Assembly: GCA_020057295.1 (NCBI GenBank)
Contig: JAGVGF010000001.1
Span: 1 to 64,000, forward strand
DNA length: 64,000 bases
Direction: 5' to 3'
Origin: an archaeon
Lineage (GTDB): Archaea; Nanobdellota; Nanobdellia; Woesearchaeales; UBA9642
Part shown: positions 39,402 to 48,872 of the stretch, piece after piece
Numbering within the stretch: the first letter of the stretch is position 1
How the letters are laid out: the number at the start of each line of letters is the position of its first letter
Program-made: the position numbers and the translations under genes
Notes under the pieces: model-generated
What the model was told of the DNA's origin: nothing
The model's input: the letters and a program-made list of their open reading frames with translations, nothing else
The model's database searches: none

Positions 39402-40097
39402 TTATAATATATCAAATAGTAAAAGTTCTGCATCATCTTTAGAAATTATGTTTATGGATTTTTCTTGTTCTATGGATGCACCATCACCTTTTCCAAGAGT
39501 GATATCATTAATGCTTATCTCTCCAGAAATCACTTGAATCCATACTCCTCTGCCTTTTTCAATATTGTAAGATATATTCTTTCCCTTCTCCATTATAGAT
39601 GAAAATAATAATACATCTTGGTTTATTATTAATGAATTTTTTCTTCCGTCATTTGATACTAATAAACATAAATTATTTTTTTTATTCTTTTCTGCAAATT
39701 TTTTCTCATCATATCTTGGTTTCAATCCTTTTTTTGATGGAATAATCCATATTTGAAGTAAGTGTACTAGTTTTTTTGAATCATTAATCTCGCTATGTTC
39801 AACACCTGTTCCCGCAGTCATAACTTGAACATCACTACGCTTAATACTAGATGTTGTTCCAGTACTATCAGTATGCGAGAGTTCTCCATCAACTATATAT
39901 GTTATAATTTCCATATCCTTATGTGGATGAGTATCAAAACCTTGTTGTGAGATAACAACATCTTCATTAATCACGCGTAGAGTCCTAAAGGACATGTGTT
40001 TTGTATCATTGTATGTATTAAAAGAAAATGTATGATATGTGTTTAACCATCCATAATCAAAGTGTCCCCTATCTTCTGACTTTCTGATTGTAATCAT
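39402..40097 (-). CDS. Pirin family protein (YhhW-like bicupin)
   Basis: GWLNTYHTFSF, LRVINED, HPHKDMEIITY, MTAGTGVEHSE and LLQIWI motifs. Confidence 0.95.
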   Translation of the reverse strand: MITIRKSEDRGHFDYGWLNTYHTFSFNTYNDTKHMSFRTLRVINEDVVISQQGFDTHPHKDMEIITYIVDGELSHTDSTGTTSSIKRSDVQVMTAGTGVEHSEINDSKKLVHLLQIWIIPSKKGLKPRYDEKKFAEKNKKNNLCLLVSNDGRKNSLIINQDVLLFSSIMEKGKNISYNIEKGRGVWIQVISGEISINDITLGKGDGASIEQEKSINIISKDDAELLLFDIL

Positions 40098-40169
40098 ATC
40101 TTAAGTAAATATATGCTGTTTATAAGAATTATGAAAGATACAATTAAGGGAATGCCTGTTATTTTAATC

Positions 40170-40640
40170 TTATTTTTCTAAAATCTTTTCCATTATCAGA
40201 GAAGTACCCTCTTCAAAAATAGTCTTATATCCTAACCTTTCATAAAGTTTAACTGCTCTACTATCTTTAAAAACTTTTAAATGAATCTTATTTAATTCAC
40301 GATATAATGTTTCTTGTTCAAGAATTTTCATAATTTGTGTTCCACAGCCTTTGCCTCTAATTTGTTCTAATAATTGTATGCTGATTAGATATCCATAATC
40401 GTCTTTAAATTTGAACTCCACATATCCCACACTAGAATTTTCACATTCTATAATTCTTATATTTTTCTGATGATGATTTTCTCCAAAAGATTTTTCGTTC
40501 CAAGATCCAAAATGTTTTTGAAATGATTCCCGCATATTTTCCTTGAATAGACTAAAGATAAATTCATAATCATCATCTTCAGCATCTCTAAGAATAAATC
40601 GACATTGGTTGATAACTATCTCTTGTCTTTCTTTTTTCAT
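40170..40640 (-). CDS. GNAT family N-acetyltransferase
   Basis: Motif A 'QIRGKGCGT' and 'AVKLYERLGY'. Confidence 0.9.
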   Translation of the reverse strand: MKKERQEIVINQCRFILRDAEDDDYEFIFSLFKENMRESFQKHFGSWNEKSFGENHHQKNIRIIECENSSVGYVEFKFKDDYGYLISIQLLEQIRGKGCGTQIMKILEQETLYRELNKIHLKVFKDSRAVKLYERLGYKTIFEEGTSLIMEKILEK

Positions 40641-40700
40641 ACATTAATATTTTGCGTCTTTATTAAAAATGTTACTAGAATTATGTGATTATATTAAATC

Positions 40701-40798
40701 AGCCTCCAGCGAGAATTTCCTGCGCCTTTTAGTAAAAGTCGCATCAAAACTGAATGTTGAAATAAATTTCAAGCATTCTAAAGCCTCCAGCGAGAATT
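40701..40798 (-). repeat. 17-bp direct repeat of the tRNA-Thr 3' end (att-like)
   Basis: AGCCTCCAGCGAGAATT occurs at 40701-40717 and 40782-40798, separated by 64 bp containing two hairpins. Confidence 0.85.
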
Positions 40799-40899
40799 GC
40801 ACTCGCGACCTTCTGCTTACGTGCAAAATGAAATTTTGGATGTTCCAAAACTTTAGTTTTGATACTAGGCAGACGCAATAGCTACTATGCTATGGAGGC
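40782..40899 (-). tRNA. tRNA-Thr with 45-nt intron (anticodon AGT if spliced at 37/38, CGT if at 33/34)
   Basis: Acceptor GCCTCCA/TGGAGGC with U73, anticodon stem TCTGC/GCAGA, T stem GCGAG/CTCGC. The insert in the anticodon loop contains the hairpin TTTTGGA-ACA-TCCAAAA; mature length 73 nt. Confidence 0.8.
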
Positions 40900-40970
40900 A
40901 TATATTATATGATGTAATATTTTTAGATGAGCTCACGCAGTTCGTGATGCTCGTCAGTTTTTAGTGCAGG

Positions 40971-40990
40971 TTTTTTGCGTAAGCAAAAAA
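40971..40990 (-). terminator. Hairpin immediately 3' of tRNA-Leu (terminator or processing signal)
   Basis: Perfect inverted repeat TTTTTTGC-GTAA-GCAAAAAA; it begins with a T-tract on the transcribed strand. Confidence 0.45.
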
Positions 40991-40992
40991 AG

Positions 40993-41078
40993 TGCGGAGG
41001 AAGGGATTCGAACCCTCGAACACACTAAGTGACAGGATCTTAAGTCCTGCGCATTTGACCAGGCTTTGCTACCTCCGC
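40993..41078 (-). tRNA. tRNA-Leu(TAA)
   Basis: GCGGAGG acceptor, CAGGA-CTTAAGA-TCCTG anticodon arm, long variable arm, GGTTCGAATCC T arm, A73; TATA box (TTTATAAATA) ~25 nt upstream. Confidence 0.97.
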
Positions 41079-41167
41079 ATATAGCCTACGAAAAATCGGG
41101 ATATTTATAAAGTTAATTAGTAAACTTAATAAATTCCGTAAATTATATTTTGCTTAGTTTTCGAGGT

Positions 41168-41629
41168 ATGATAAAAATGGTAAAACTTGTAGAACCAAAA
41201 TCAATGGATGAATGTGTTTACTTCACTAATAGAAATATAGGAGAGAAATTCAATGGAACGGCAAGATGTTGGGTTTTCAGACAACAGTGTCCAAAATGTA
41301 AGAAGGCATTTATGGGTAAACCAGTAGTTGATGGAAAAGCAAAAATTCGTGCTTTAGAATATGTTTGTCCTAATTGTAAGTATACAGTAGAAAAAATGGC
41401 TTATGAAGAAGGATTAACAGCAAATGTAGATTATGTATGTCCAGCATGTTCTTTTCATGGCGGAATGGTTCTCCCTTTTAAGAGAAAGAAAGTTGAAGGT
41501 GTGCTAACATTAAGATTTCCGTGTGAAAAATGTAAAGGCCCAATCGATGTCACAAAAAAGATGAAAATTATAAAGAAGAAAGACAAGAAAGTAAAAGCTG
41601 CTCCAGTCGAAGATTTGGACGATGAATAA
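41168..41629 (+). CDS. Multi-zinc-ribbon hypothetical protein
   Basis: Four CxxC pairs (CPKC, CPNC, CPAC, CEKC). Start is ATG 41168 or 41177 after GAGGT. Confidence 0.75.
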   Translation: MIKMVKLVEPKSMDECVYFTNRNIGEKFNGTARCWVFRQQCPKCKKAFMGKPVVDGKAKIRALEYVCPNCKYTVEKMAYEEGLTANVDYVCPACSFHGGMVLPFKRKKVEGVLTLRFPCEKCKGPIDVTKKMKIIKKKDKKVKAAPVEDLDDE

Positions 41630-41692
41630 ATATTAATTTTCTATTTTTTTATTTTGATAAAACTTTATAAATTCTAGTTTAATCATGATACT

Positions 41693-43897
41693 ATGTCTAT
41701 TAATACAAATCATTATAAGAAAATACTTGTAACAAGCGCGCTACCTTATGTAAATAATGTTCCACATTTAGGCACAATGATTTGTGTAATTAGTGCTGAT
41801 GTATATACAAGATTTCTTAGATTAATGCATAAAGATGTGATTTCTGTTTTAGGAACAGATGAACACGGTACAACTAGTGAAACTAAAGCAATAGAGGAGG
41901 GTTTGACTCCTAAACAATTATGTGATAAATATTCAGCATTACAGAAGGAGATATATGATTGGTTTAATTGTGAATTTGATTGTTGGGGAAGAAGCAGTAG
42001 CAAAGAAAATGCCGAGACAACAATCGAAGTATTTAATAAATTACATCAGAATGGATATATTTCTGAGGATACACTTGAACAATTATACTGCGAACAGGAT
42101 AAGAGATTTTTAGCGGACAGATTTGTTGAAGGAGAATGTCCTAAATGCCATTACGCAAATGCTCGTGGAGATCAATGTGAAAGTTGCGGAAATTTACTTG
42201 ATGCTAAAGAACTTATTAATCCAAAATGTAAAATCTGTAAAACTAAACCAATTGTAAAAGCATCAAGGCATTTATTTATTGATTTACCAAAGATAGAGCC
42301 AAAATTAAAAGAATGGATGAAATCTGTAGAGGGTGGATGGTCAGGCAATGCAAGAACGATGACCGAAGCATGGTTAAAAGAAGGCTTAAGACAACGATGT
42401 ATAACAAGGGATTTAAAATGGGGCATAAAAGTTCCATTAAAAGGTTTTGAAGATAAAGTATTCTATTCATGGTTTGATGCACCTATAGGCTATATAGGAA
42501 TAACAAGAGAAATAAAATCTGAAAATGACGAATGGAGAAAATGGTGGTTTAATAATAATGAAGTGAAATTAGTTCAATTCATGGGCAAGGATAATATACC
42601 ATTTCACACAATATTATTTCCAGCATTTTGTATAGGAACAAATGATCCATACACTTTAATGAAAGAAATAAGTGTAAATGAATATTTGAATTATGAAGGC
42701 GGACAATTTTCTAAGAGTAGAAATGTTGGAGTATTTGGCGATGATGCACAAAGTACAGGAATACCTGCAGATGTATTTAGATATTATTTAATGATTAATC
42801 GTCCGGAAAAGAGCGATACAGAATTTTCATGGAAAGATTTCCAAATAAAACATAATGCAGAAATAGTAGGAAATTTAGCAAATTTAGTCAATAGAACAGT
42901 TGTATTTTTGAATAGAAATTATGAATCAACAATTCCTGAGTCATCATTAGAAGACAAAGATCAAGCATTACTAGAAGATATACGTGCTATAGAAAAAAAG
43001 ATTTCAAATCTAATAGAAACTATAGATATTAAGGAAGCGTTAAAGGAAGTAATGCATATCTCAAAACTCGGTAATCAATATTTACAAGATAATGAACCAT
43101 GGAAGAATCCCGATAAGCAAAGAAACGCAACAACACTTGCAGTACTTGCAAACATTGTTAAGGATTTAGCAATATTAATATCACCGTACATGCCACTTGC
43201 CGCAAATAGTATTAAAGAACAATTAAATATTTCGAGACTAGATTGGGATGATTTAGGAAAATTAACATTACATCCAGGACATAAGATAAGTAATGCACAA
43301 TTACTGTTCAAAAAAATTGAAGATAAGGATGTTAATGAATTTAGAGAAAGATTTTCAGGGAAAAGAAAAAAATCTGAAAATAAAGAATCTGTTAGCACAT
43401 CTTCAAACGCCGTAATTGGTTTTGATAAACTACAATTACGTGTAGCAAAAATTGTTGGAGTAGAAAGACATCCTAATGCTGAAAAATTATATGTAGAAAA
43501 GTTAGATTTAGGCGATGAGTATAGAACAATAGTTTCAGGACTAGTTCCATATTACACGGTTGAAGAATTATTGAATAAGAATATTGTTGTTGTAACAAAT
43601 CTTGAGCCAGCAAATCTTCGAGGGGTAGAAAGTAACGGAATGCTGCTTGCTGCTGAAGAAAATGGGGTTGTAGGATTGTTAACAACACAAGGCGAACCAG
43701 GAGATTATGTATATATAGATTCTATGAATAATGTAAAATTGGAAACCATTAAAAATTTACCAAAGGTAAACATTAAAGAATTTTCTACAATAAAAATTTA
43801 TGTTAAAGATAAAAAAGTATTATGTGAAGGTAAAGAGTTGCAAACATCTAAAGGATTATTAAGTGTAGAGAAAGTTAATACAGGCAATGTAAGATAA
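41693..43897 (+). CDS. metG: Methionine--tRNA ligase with C-terminal tRNA-binding (Trbp111/EMAP-like) domain
   Basis: TSALPYVNNVPHLG, Zn knuckles, YSWFDAPIGY, GKDNIPFH, QFSKS and HPNAEKL...LRGVESNGMLLAA motifs. Confidence 0.97.
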   Translation: MSINTNHYKKILVTSALPYVNNVPHLGTMICVISADVYTRFLRLMHKDVISVLGTDEHGTTSETKAIEEGLTPKQLCDKYSALQKEIYDWFNCEFDCWGRSSSKENAETTIEVFNKLHQNGYISEDTLEQLYCEQDKRFLADRFVEGECPKCHYANARGDQCESCGNLLDAKELINPKCKICKTKPIVKASRHLFIDLPKIEPKLKEWMKSVEGGWSGNARTMTEAWLKEGLRQRCITRDLKWGIKVPLKGFEDKVFYSWFDAPIGYIGITREIKSENDEWRKWWFNNNEVKLVQFMGKDNIPFHTILFPAFCIGTNDPYTLMKEISVNEYLNYEGGQFSKSRNVGVFGDDAQSTGIPADVFRYYLMINRPEKSDTEFSWKDFQIKHNAEIVGNLANLVNRTVVFLNRNYESTIPESSLEDKDQALLEDIRAIEKKISNLIETIDIKEALKEVMHISKLGNQYLQDNEPWKNPDKQRNATTLAVLANIVKDLAILISPYMPLAANSIKEQLNISRLDWDDLGKLTLHPGHKISNAQLLFKKIEDKDVNEFRERFSGKRKKSENKESVSTSSNAVIGFDKLQLRVAKIVGVERHPNAEKLYVEKLDLGDEYRTIVSGLVPYYTVEELLNKNIVVVTNLEPANLRGVESNGMLLAAEENGVVGLLTTQGEPGDYVYIDSMNNVKLETIKNLPKVNIKEFSTIKIYVKDKKVLCEGKELQTSKGLLSVEKVNTGNVR

Positions 43898-44034
43898 TGC
43901 TGAAGATAAATTTAGTTAAATTCTTAGGATATTTTTTATAGCCATAAATTATATGTTGTTATATGCTTAAAATAGCAATATTTATAAATATAAAACCTGA
44001 GTTTTACATTAAATCGTTTAAGTGAGGGTGTGAG

Positions 44035-47000
44035 TTGAGAGTTAAAGTCTTAATATTACTATTTGCAATACTTTTAAGCGTGAATATCGTTTCTGCTACT
44101 CTGCTTATCAGAGGAGTATATGGAAGTGCAGAATTAAAAGGATATAGAGCTGCAAACGATACTGTACTAATTAATTTAACTTCTACAAGTGATGTAACAT
44201 CACCTAATGTTAGTTGTACTAAAATCGATGGTACTAATTATAATTGTATAATTACGGATTCTGCTTCTAAATCAATAATGTCATATCCTTTAAACAATAC
44301 TAATGGTGATTCAGCAACAGCCAGCATCAGTGTTGATAATAACATTGGTAGTGTAAGTTATACCATAAGTAATAGTGGTAGAGACATATTATTAGAATAT
44401 AATATACAAGATCTTGGATTCAATACTAATAATATTTGTTCAGGAATAAGTTCAGTAGATATATATGATGGTCAAAGCGTGATAAATACTATTTATATTA
44501 ATGGTTCGACTGGAACATGTATGTATACTGGCAAAACAAATTTAAGTATAGCAAATTCTGGTACTAGACCTATATCATTATTTGTTAAGGATAATGTAGG
44601 AAACACCAGAACTACTGTGCCTCAAAATGTTAGTGTAGATGTTAGCAATCCAATTATTAATAATGGTTTAGGAGTTAAATATGCTGGTAGAGATGAAGAG
44701 ATTGAAACAATAAGTAGCACAGCATCGTTCCTAGTAGATGTATATTTCAGTTTTACTGAAGATAATCCATCAAATATAACTTTAGACTTAAGCAATATTA
44801 ATAATAATCCAGCAATACAGTACGTTTATAGAAATTATGATGTTTCATTAAGTAATTGTCAAGTTAACACTAGTGAAACTATAAAAAGATATGATTGTAT
44901 ATTAAGAAGTATCCCGATGAAGACTTCTAGCAACACATTAAATATTAATGTCACAGTTTCCGATGTATTCGGAAATTATGAATCATCAACATTAACAAAA
45001 TCATTCACCATAGATGATGTTGTTCCACAAGTTTCTATACAGACAGATCATTGTGATACAAAAGGAAGATGCTATGTGAAGAATGGAATTAATAATTTCA
45101 CACTTAAATTTAATAAACAAAATTTTGATAAGAAAATGGTTTTCTTTAACGTTCCAGGATCCATATTTGGAATTAATAGGGTACAGAATTGTACAGCGGG
45201 AGAATGTACTGCAAGCGTACAATTAACATGTAGCAGTAACGAGTTTGAAGTTAGGATAACAAGTCAAGGAGCATTAATAAGTCAAGATGATGCAGGAAAT
45301 GTCATAGCAGATTATTCTACAACAATATACTGTGATAATAATGCTCCAACAATAGAAAATATAACTGTTAATAGTGTAACATCATCAGTATTGCAAGATG
45401 TAGTATCTGGAAGTACAATAACATTAACTGCTGCAGTTTCAGAATTTGAAAGTGATGAGATACTTGCATATGCGTGGCTTGATTTATTAAAAAATAGTAC
45501 GGAAAAAGGAACATGCGTTAAAAGAGGAAATTATAATGTAACATGTACATGGACCGTGAGTAATATTAATGCAGGATATTATCAAGCTAATGTATTATTC
45601 AATGTTAGTGATATTGCAGAAAATACTGCACAACAATCATATTCATTCAAAGTTTTTGGATTTAAAGGAGATAATGAAACTCCAGATAATATTGGAATAA
45701 GATTAAAGAATGTTTATCCAGAACAAATAAATAGAGTTGTATTAGATATGGCTACAAGTAATGCTATACCATATTATGTTTACGCAACATACGATTTAAA
45801 TGTTATTAAAGGTAATGAAATTAGTGTATTATATCAAAATATTGACATAAGCAAATGTACATACGTTGGAAGTTTAGGCACTGTAGGTGCAAACAACGTA
45901 TTTAGTGAAGTAAAAATAAATAATCCTTACGCCAAAGTTGATGAAGTAGGAAGAATAGACCTAAAATTTAATGATAATACCGATCCTAACATTCTAGATA
46001 ATGATTTTATTATATCATGTAATGTTTCAGTAATTGTTAAGGAAGGAAATGATATATTCAAAAACCCTCAACAATTACAATTAGATATTCCATTCACTCT
46101 TATTAACACAAAATTATGTAAAGTCGGTGAAGATTGTACTCCAGGAGCAGTATTTGGACAAAAAATTAAGGAAGTTGAAGATAATTGGCTTGTAAAAGCA
46201 GAATTAATGGGTACATTAAATAAATGGATACCAAAACTACAAAGCATATGTAAATTAAGAGATTATTTTGCAATGGCTAAATTTTTCACAAACTTAGCAA
46301 GTGTGGCAGCAAATGCTGTTGATATCTCATTAGGAACTGGAGGAACAACAGGACAAGGTCCAGTAAATGCATTCATACATATGAATGTAATTGATCAATG
46401 TTTATCAGGACCAAAAACAACTCCATTGACTGACGATACTTTGAATATGATGAAGGATAGAGATCCAAAAGCTTATCTGTCTGCTCTTCAATGGAATGCT
46501 CAGCTTCAAAATGAAAAGGATGCTGCTGATAAATGTTCTGGAATCATTGGTGATGCATGCGACTTTTTAAGTTGTAATATCGCTGGTCAGATTAATGGTT
46601 CAGATACAACTGGTAAAATTCCTGACCTTTTTGGCAAGGATGAAAAGAAAGGATTTGTAGAAAAATTCGGTTCTGAAGCAGCTTATGCTATTGATAGAAA
46701 TTCTGATGTTCCTGATGTAAGTAATAGTATGATGGCTGCTGTAACAACTAAATGTTATCCTGCAATGTATTATAATTTAAATAAATGGAGACAGACAGAT
46801 TGTAATTATTTATATTGTTTGAAGATGGCTTCATATTCTGGAACGGATATTGCTGCATGTGATAAAGCTAAGTTCGCTCAACAATGTTCAACAGTAGTTG
46901 GTGAAGCATTTGAATTACCAATTGCACGTAAAGTAAAGAATTGGATGAATGGTGCATCAGACTTAGTTAAGAACTCATTCCCATTAATGTTAACTTCAGG

Positions 47001-48870
47001 AATAAAGAGGGTAGCATGTGGACGATATATTAGTTTTGATACTGCTAAAGGAATAGAACCTCAAAGTACTGAAGCACAAACATTCGGAATATATGCATGT
47101 CAGATACCATTACAAGTAGCAACATTCGTTGACATGACAGCAAGAAATAGACGTAGTGCAACATTCAATTATCCAGAAATTCCAGATATGTGCGAATATG
47201 CTCAATGTATTGGAGAACCGAATTGTAAACATGAACAAGATTTCTGGGATACATTAAACAGAATGAACATTCCAGTAGCAAGAAATATGACATCACAATT
47301 TGAAAAGAGTCAGAAAACTGCAGAAACAAATAGAAATATTGTTGATTTAAGAAAATTGAGAGGAATGGAAGCAACAAGAATATTATCTCCTAATGACTTT
47401 AAACAAGCGGACTATGATAAATTAGTTGCAGACTTAAAGAGTAGAAGCATCATATCAAGTACATACGGTTCAGCTAGAAATGCACAAGTTTCTGCTATAG
47501 ATACACAGATAGCTAGTAAAAAGGCTGAGTTAGCAAATTTAAATAATGTAGGAGATTTGCCTTACACAGGAAGTGGTTCTAATAGAGCTGAAAAAGCTAA
47601 ATTAGAAGCTGACATTGCAGATTTAGAACGACAAAAAACTTCTATAGATGTTAACACAGATGCAAACATTAAAGAAGTTAGCGCTGAATTACGTAAAAAT
47701 TTAGATTGTAAAAAATCTTCTACAGGAGATTGCTCTACAGTTTTAGGATATTCTGGTACGGGCGACACTACTCAAAGAAATCTTGCTTTAACAATGACTG
47801 ATGCAGAATATCAAAAATTACCTATTCAAGATAGATTATTCATAGATGATCAAAGAAAACAAGCCGTAGATAGATTAGATGCATTGAATGAACAGTTAGG
47901 TGGCAGTGCATTGAGATATCACGAGAATTTACCAGATGAAGTAAAAGATCAATTAGCTGAACGTAAAGGATTACTTTCATCAATGGGACTGTGTGGTCCA
48001 GGAACTGCTCATACAGATTGTGACGCGTATAATATAGAATTAACTAAATCCCCGGCATTATATACTGATATGCAATCTAAAGTAAAAACTCGTAAAGACA
48101 ATACTGATAAATGGGTTGAAGTCAATAATGCTTATATTAAGGCTGAACAATTTGGTTCTACACTGCAGACTGCATTACAGTTCTTGCACGGCCAAAACAT
48201 GTTGAATTGGATGTTTACTAGTTACTGGACTGAAAAATGGTTTGGTAAAGATTATAGTTCATACTTAGACTTTGATAAACGTAAAGAATCAATATGTAAT
48301 CCAGACAATCCAACAAATTTTGGAGATATACTTGGAACACAGGAAGGTTCTGAGGGTAGTATTATAAGTTGTAACGGCGGAAATTGTAGACCTGTATTAA
48401 CATATGCAACTGAAAGAACAGAATTAGAATATCCTAATAAAACAAGATATAACATTTACACTGTAGTATATTATATCGATAGTGGTGATCTAAAAGGTCA
48501 TGACTTAAATTATACTGTAGTATTCAAGGGTGATGGTATAACAATAAAAGGTTATAGAAGAGGAGTTCCATTAAAACCTTACGATGTTAAGAGTGTACAT
48601 AAAGTATTCAAGACAAAAGCAGTATTAAATCAGATTTGTATTAAGTTTGGAAAACCAGGATTCCCTGTAGGAGAATTATCTTCAGAAATGGAATATTGTA
48701 GAGAAATAACTTCAAACACATTTAGTACTGGAACGCCATGGAGTCCAGAACAGGAAGCCGCATCTACAGGAAACTTTGACGAGTTTGATGACGAAGGAAA
48801 CATAATTAGCAGAGGCAGGAATAGTGGAAGTACAGGTGGTAGTACAGAACCGCCAGGAGTATTAGAATAA
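44035..48870 (+). CDS. Large secreted Cys-rich protein (Ig-like N-terminal half, helical Cys-rich C-terminal half); paralog of 51250-54522
   Basis: Sec signal peptide (TTG start, GAGGGTG SD), beta-rich 'D..GN' repeats and many paired Cys; shares DLSN(I/V)N.NPA and C.PA...N.....Q..C.Y..CL motifs with the paralog. Confidence 0.8.
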   Translation: MRVKVLILLFAILLSVNIVSATLLIRGVYGSAELKGYRAANDTVLINLTSTSDVTSPNVSCTKIDGTNYNCIITDSASKSIMSYPLNNTNGDSATASISVDNNIGSVSYTISNSGRDILLEYNIQDLGFNTNNICSGISSVDIYDGQSVINTIYINGSTGTCMYTGKTNLSIANSGTRPISLFVKDNVGNTRTTVPQNVSVDVSNPIINNGLGVKYAGRDEEIETISSTASFLVDVYFSFTEDNPSNITLDLSNINNNPAIQYVYRNYDVSLSNCQVNTSETIKRYDCILRSIPMKTSSNTLNINVTVSDVFGNYESSTLTKSFTIDDVVPQVSIQTDHCDTKGRCYVKNGINNFTLKFNKQNFDKKMVFFNVPGSIFGINRVQNCTAGECTASVQLTCSSNEFEVRITSQGALISQDDAGNVIADYSTTIYCDNNAPTIENITVNSVTSSVLQDVVSGSTITLTAAVSEFESDEILAYAWLDLLKNSTEKGTCVKRGNYNVTCTWTVSNINAGYYQANVLFNVSDIAENTAQQSYSFKVFGFKGDNETPDNIGIRLKNVYPEQINRVVLDMATSNAIPYYVYATYDLNVIKGNEISVLYQNIDISKCTYVGSLGTVGANNVFSEVKINNPYAKVDEVGRIDLKFNDNTDPNILDNDFIISCNVSVIVKEGNDIFKNPQQLQLDIPFTLINTKLCKVGEDCTPGAVFGQKIKEVEDNWLVKAELMGTLNKWIPKLQSICKLRDYFAMAKFFTNLASVAANAVDISLGTGGTTGQGPVNAFIHMNVIDQCLSGPKTTPLTDDTLNMMKDRDPKAYLSALQWNAQLQNEKDAADKCSGIIGDACDFLSCNIAGQINGSDTTGKIPDLFGKDEKKGFVEKFGSEAAYAIDRNSDVPDVSNSMMAAVTTKCYPAMYYNLNKWRQTDCNYLYCLKMASYSGTDIAACDKAKFAQQCSTVVGEAFELPIARKVKNWMNGASDLVKNSFPLMLTSGIKRVACGRYISFDTAKGIEPQSTEAQTFGIYACQIPLQVATFVDMTARNRRSATFNYPEIPDMCEYAQCIGEPNCKHEQDFWDTLNRMNIPVARNMTSQFEKSQKTAETNRNIVDLRKLRGMEATRILSPNDFKQADYDKLVADLKSRSIISSTYGSARNAQVSAIDTQIASKKAELANLNNVGDLPYTGSGSNRAEKAKLEADIADLERQKTSIDVNTDANIKEVSAELRKNLDCKKSSTGDCSTVLGYSGTGDTTQRNLALTMTDAEYQKLPIQDRLFIDDQRKQAVDRLDALNEQLGGSALRYHENLPDEVKDQLAERKGLLSSMGLCGPGTAHTDCDAYNIELTKSPALYTDMQSKVKTRKDNTDKWVEVNNAYIKAEQFGSTLQTALQFLHGQNMLNWMFTSYWTEKWFGKDYSSYLDFDKRKESICNPDNPTNFGDILGTQEGSEGSIISCNGGNCRPVLTYATERTELEYPNKTRYNIYTVVYYIDSGDLKGHDLNYTVVFKGDGITIKGYRRGVPLKPYDVKSVHKVFKTKAVLNQICIKFGKPGFPVGELSSEMEYCREITSNTFSTGTPWSPEQEAASTGNFDEFDDEGNIISRGRNSGSTGGSTEPPGVLE

Positions 48871-48872
48871 AA

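Noticed and set aside
39402-40798. Intact integrated element or provirus at tRNA-Thr
   Set aside because: The two att-like copies enclose only 64 bp, and no integrase or viral genes are present.
40669-40881. 70-aa plus-strand ORF with repeated KSASSEN/KASSEN
   Set aside because: It is antisense to tRNA-Thr, and the peptide repeat simply reflects the duplicated tRNA 3' end.
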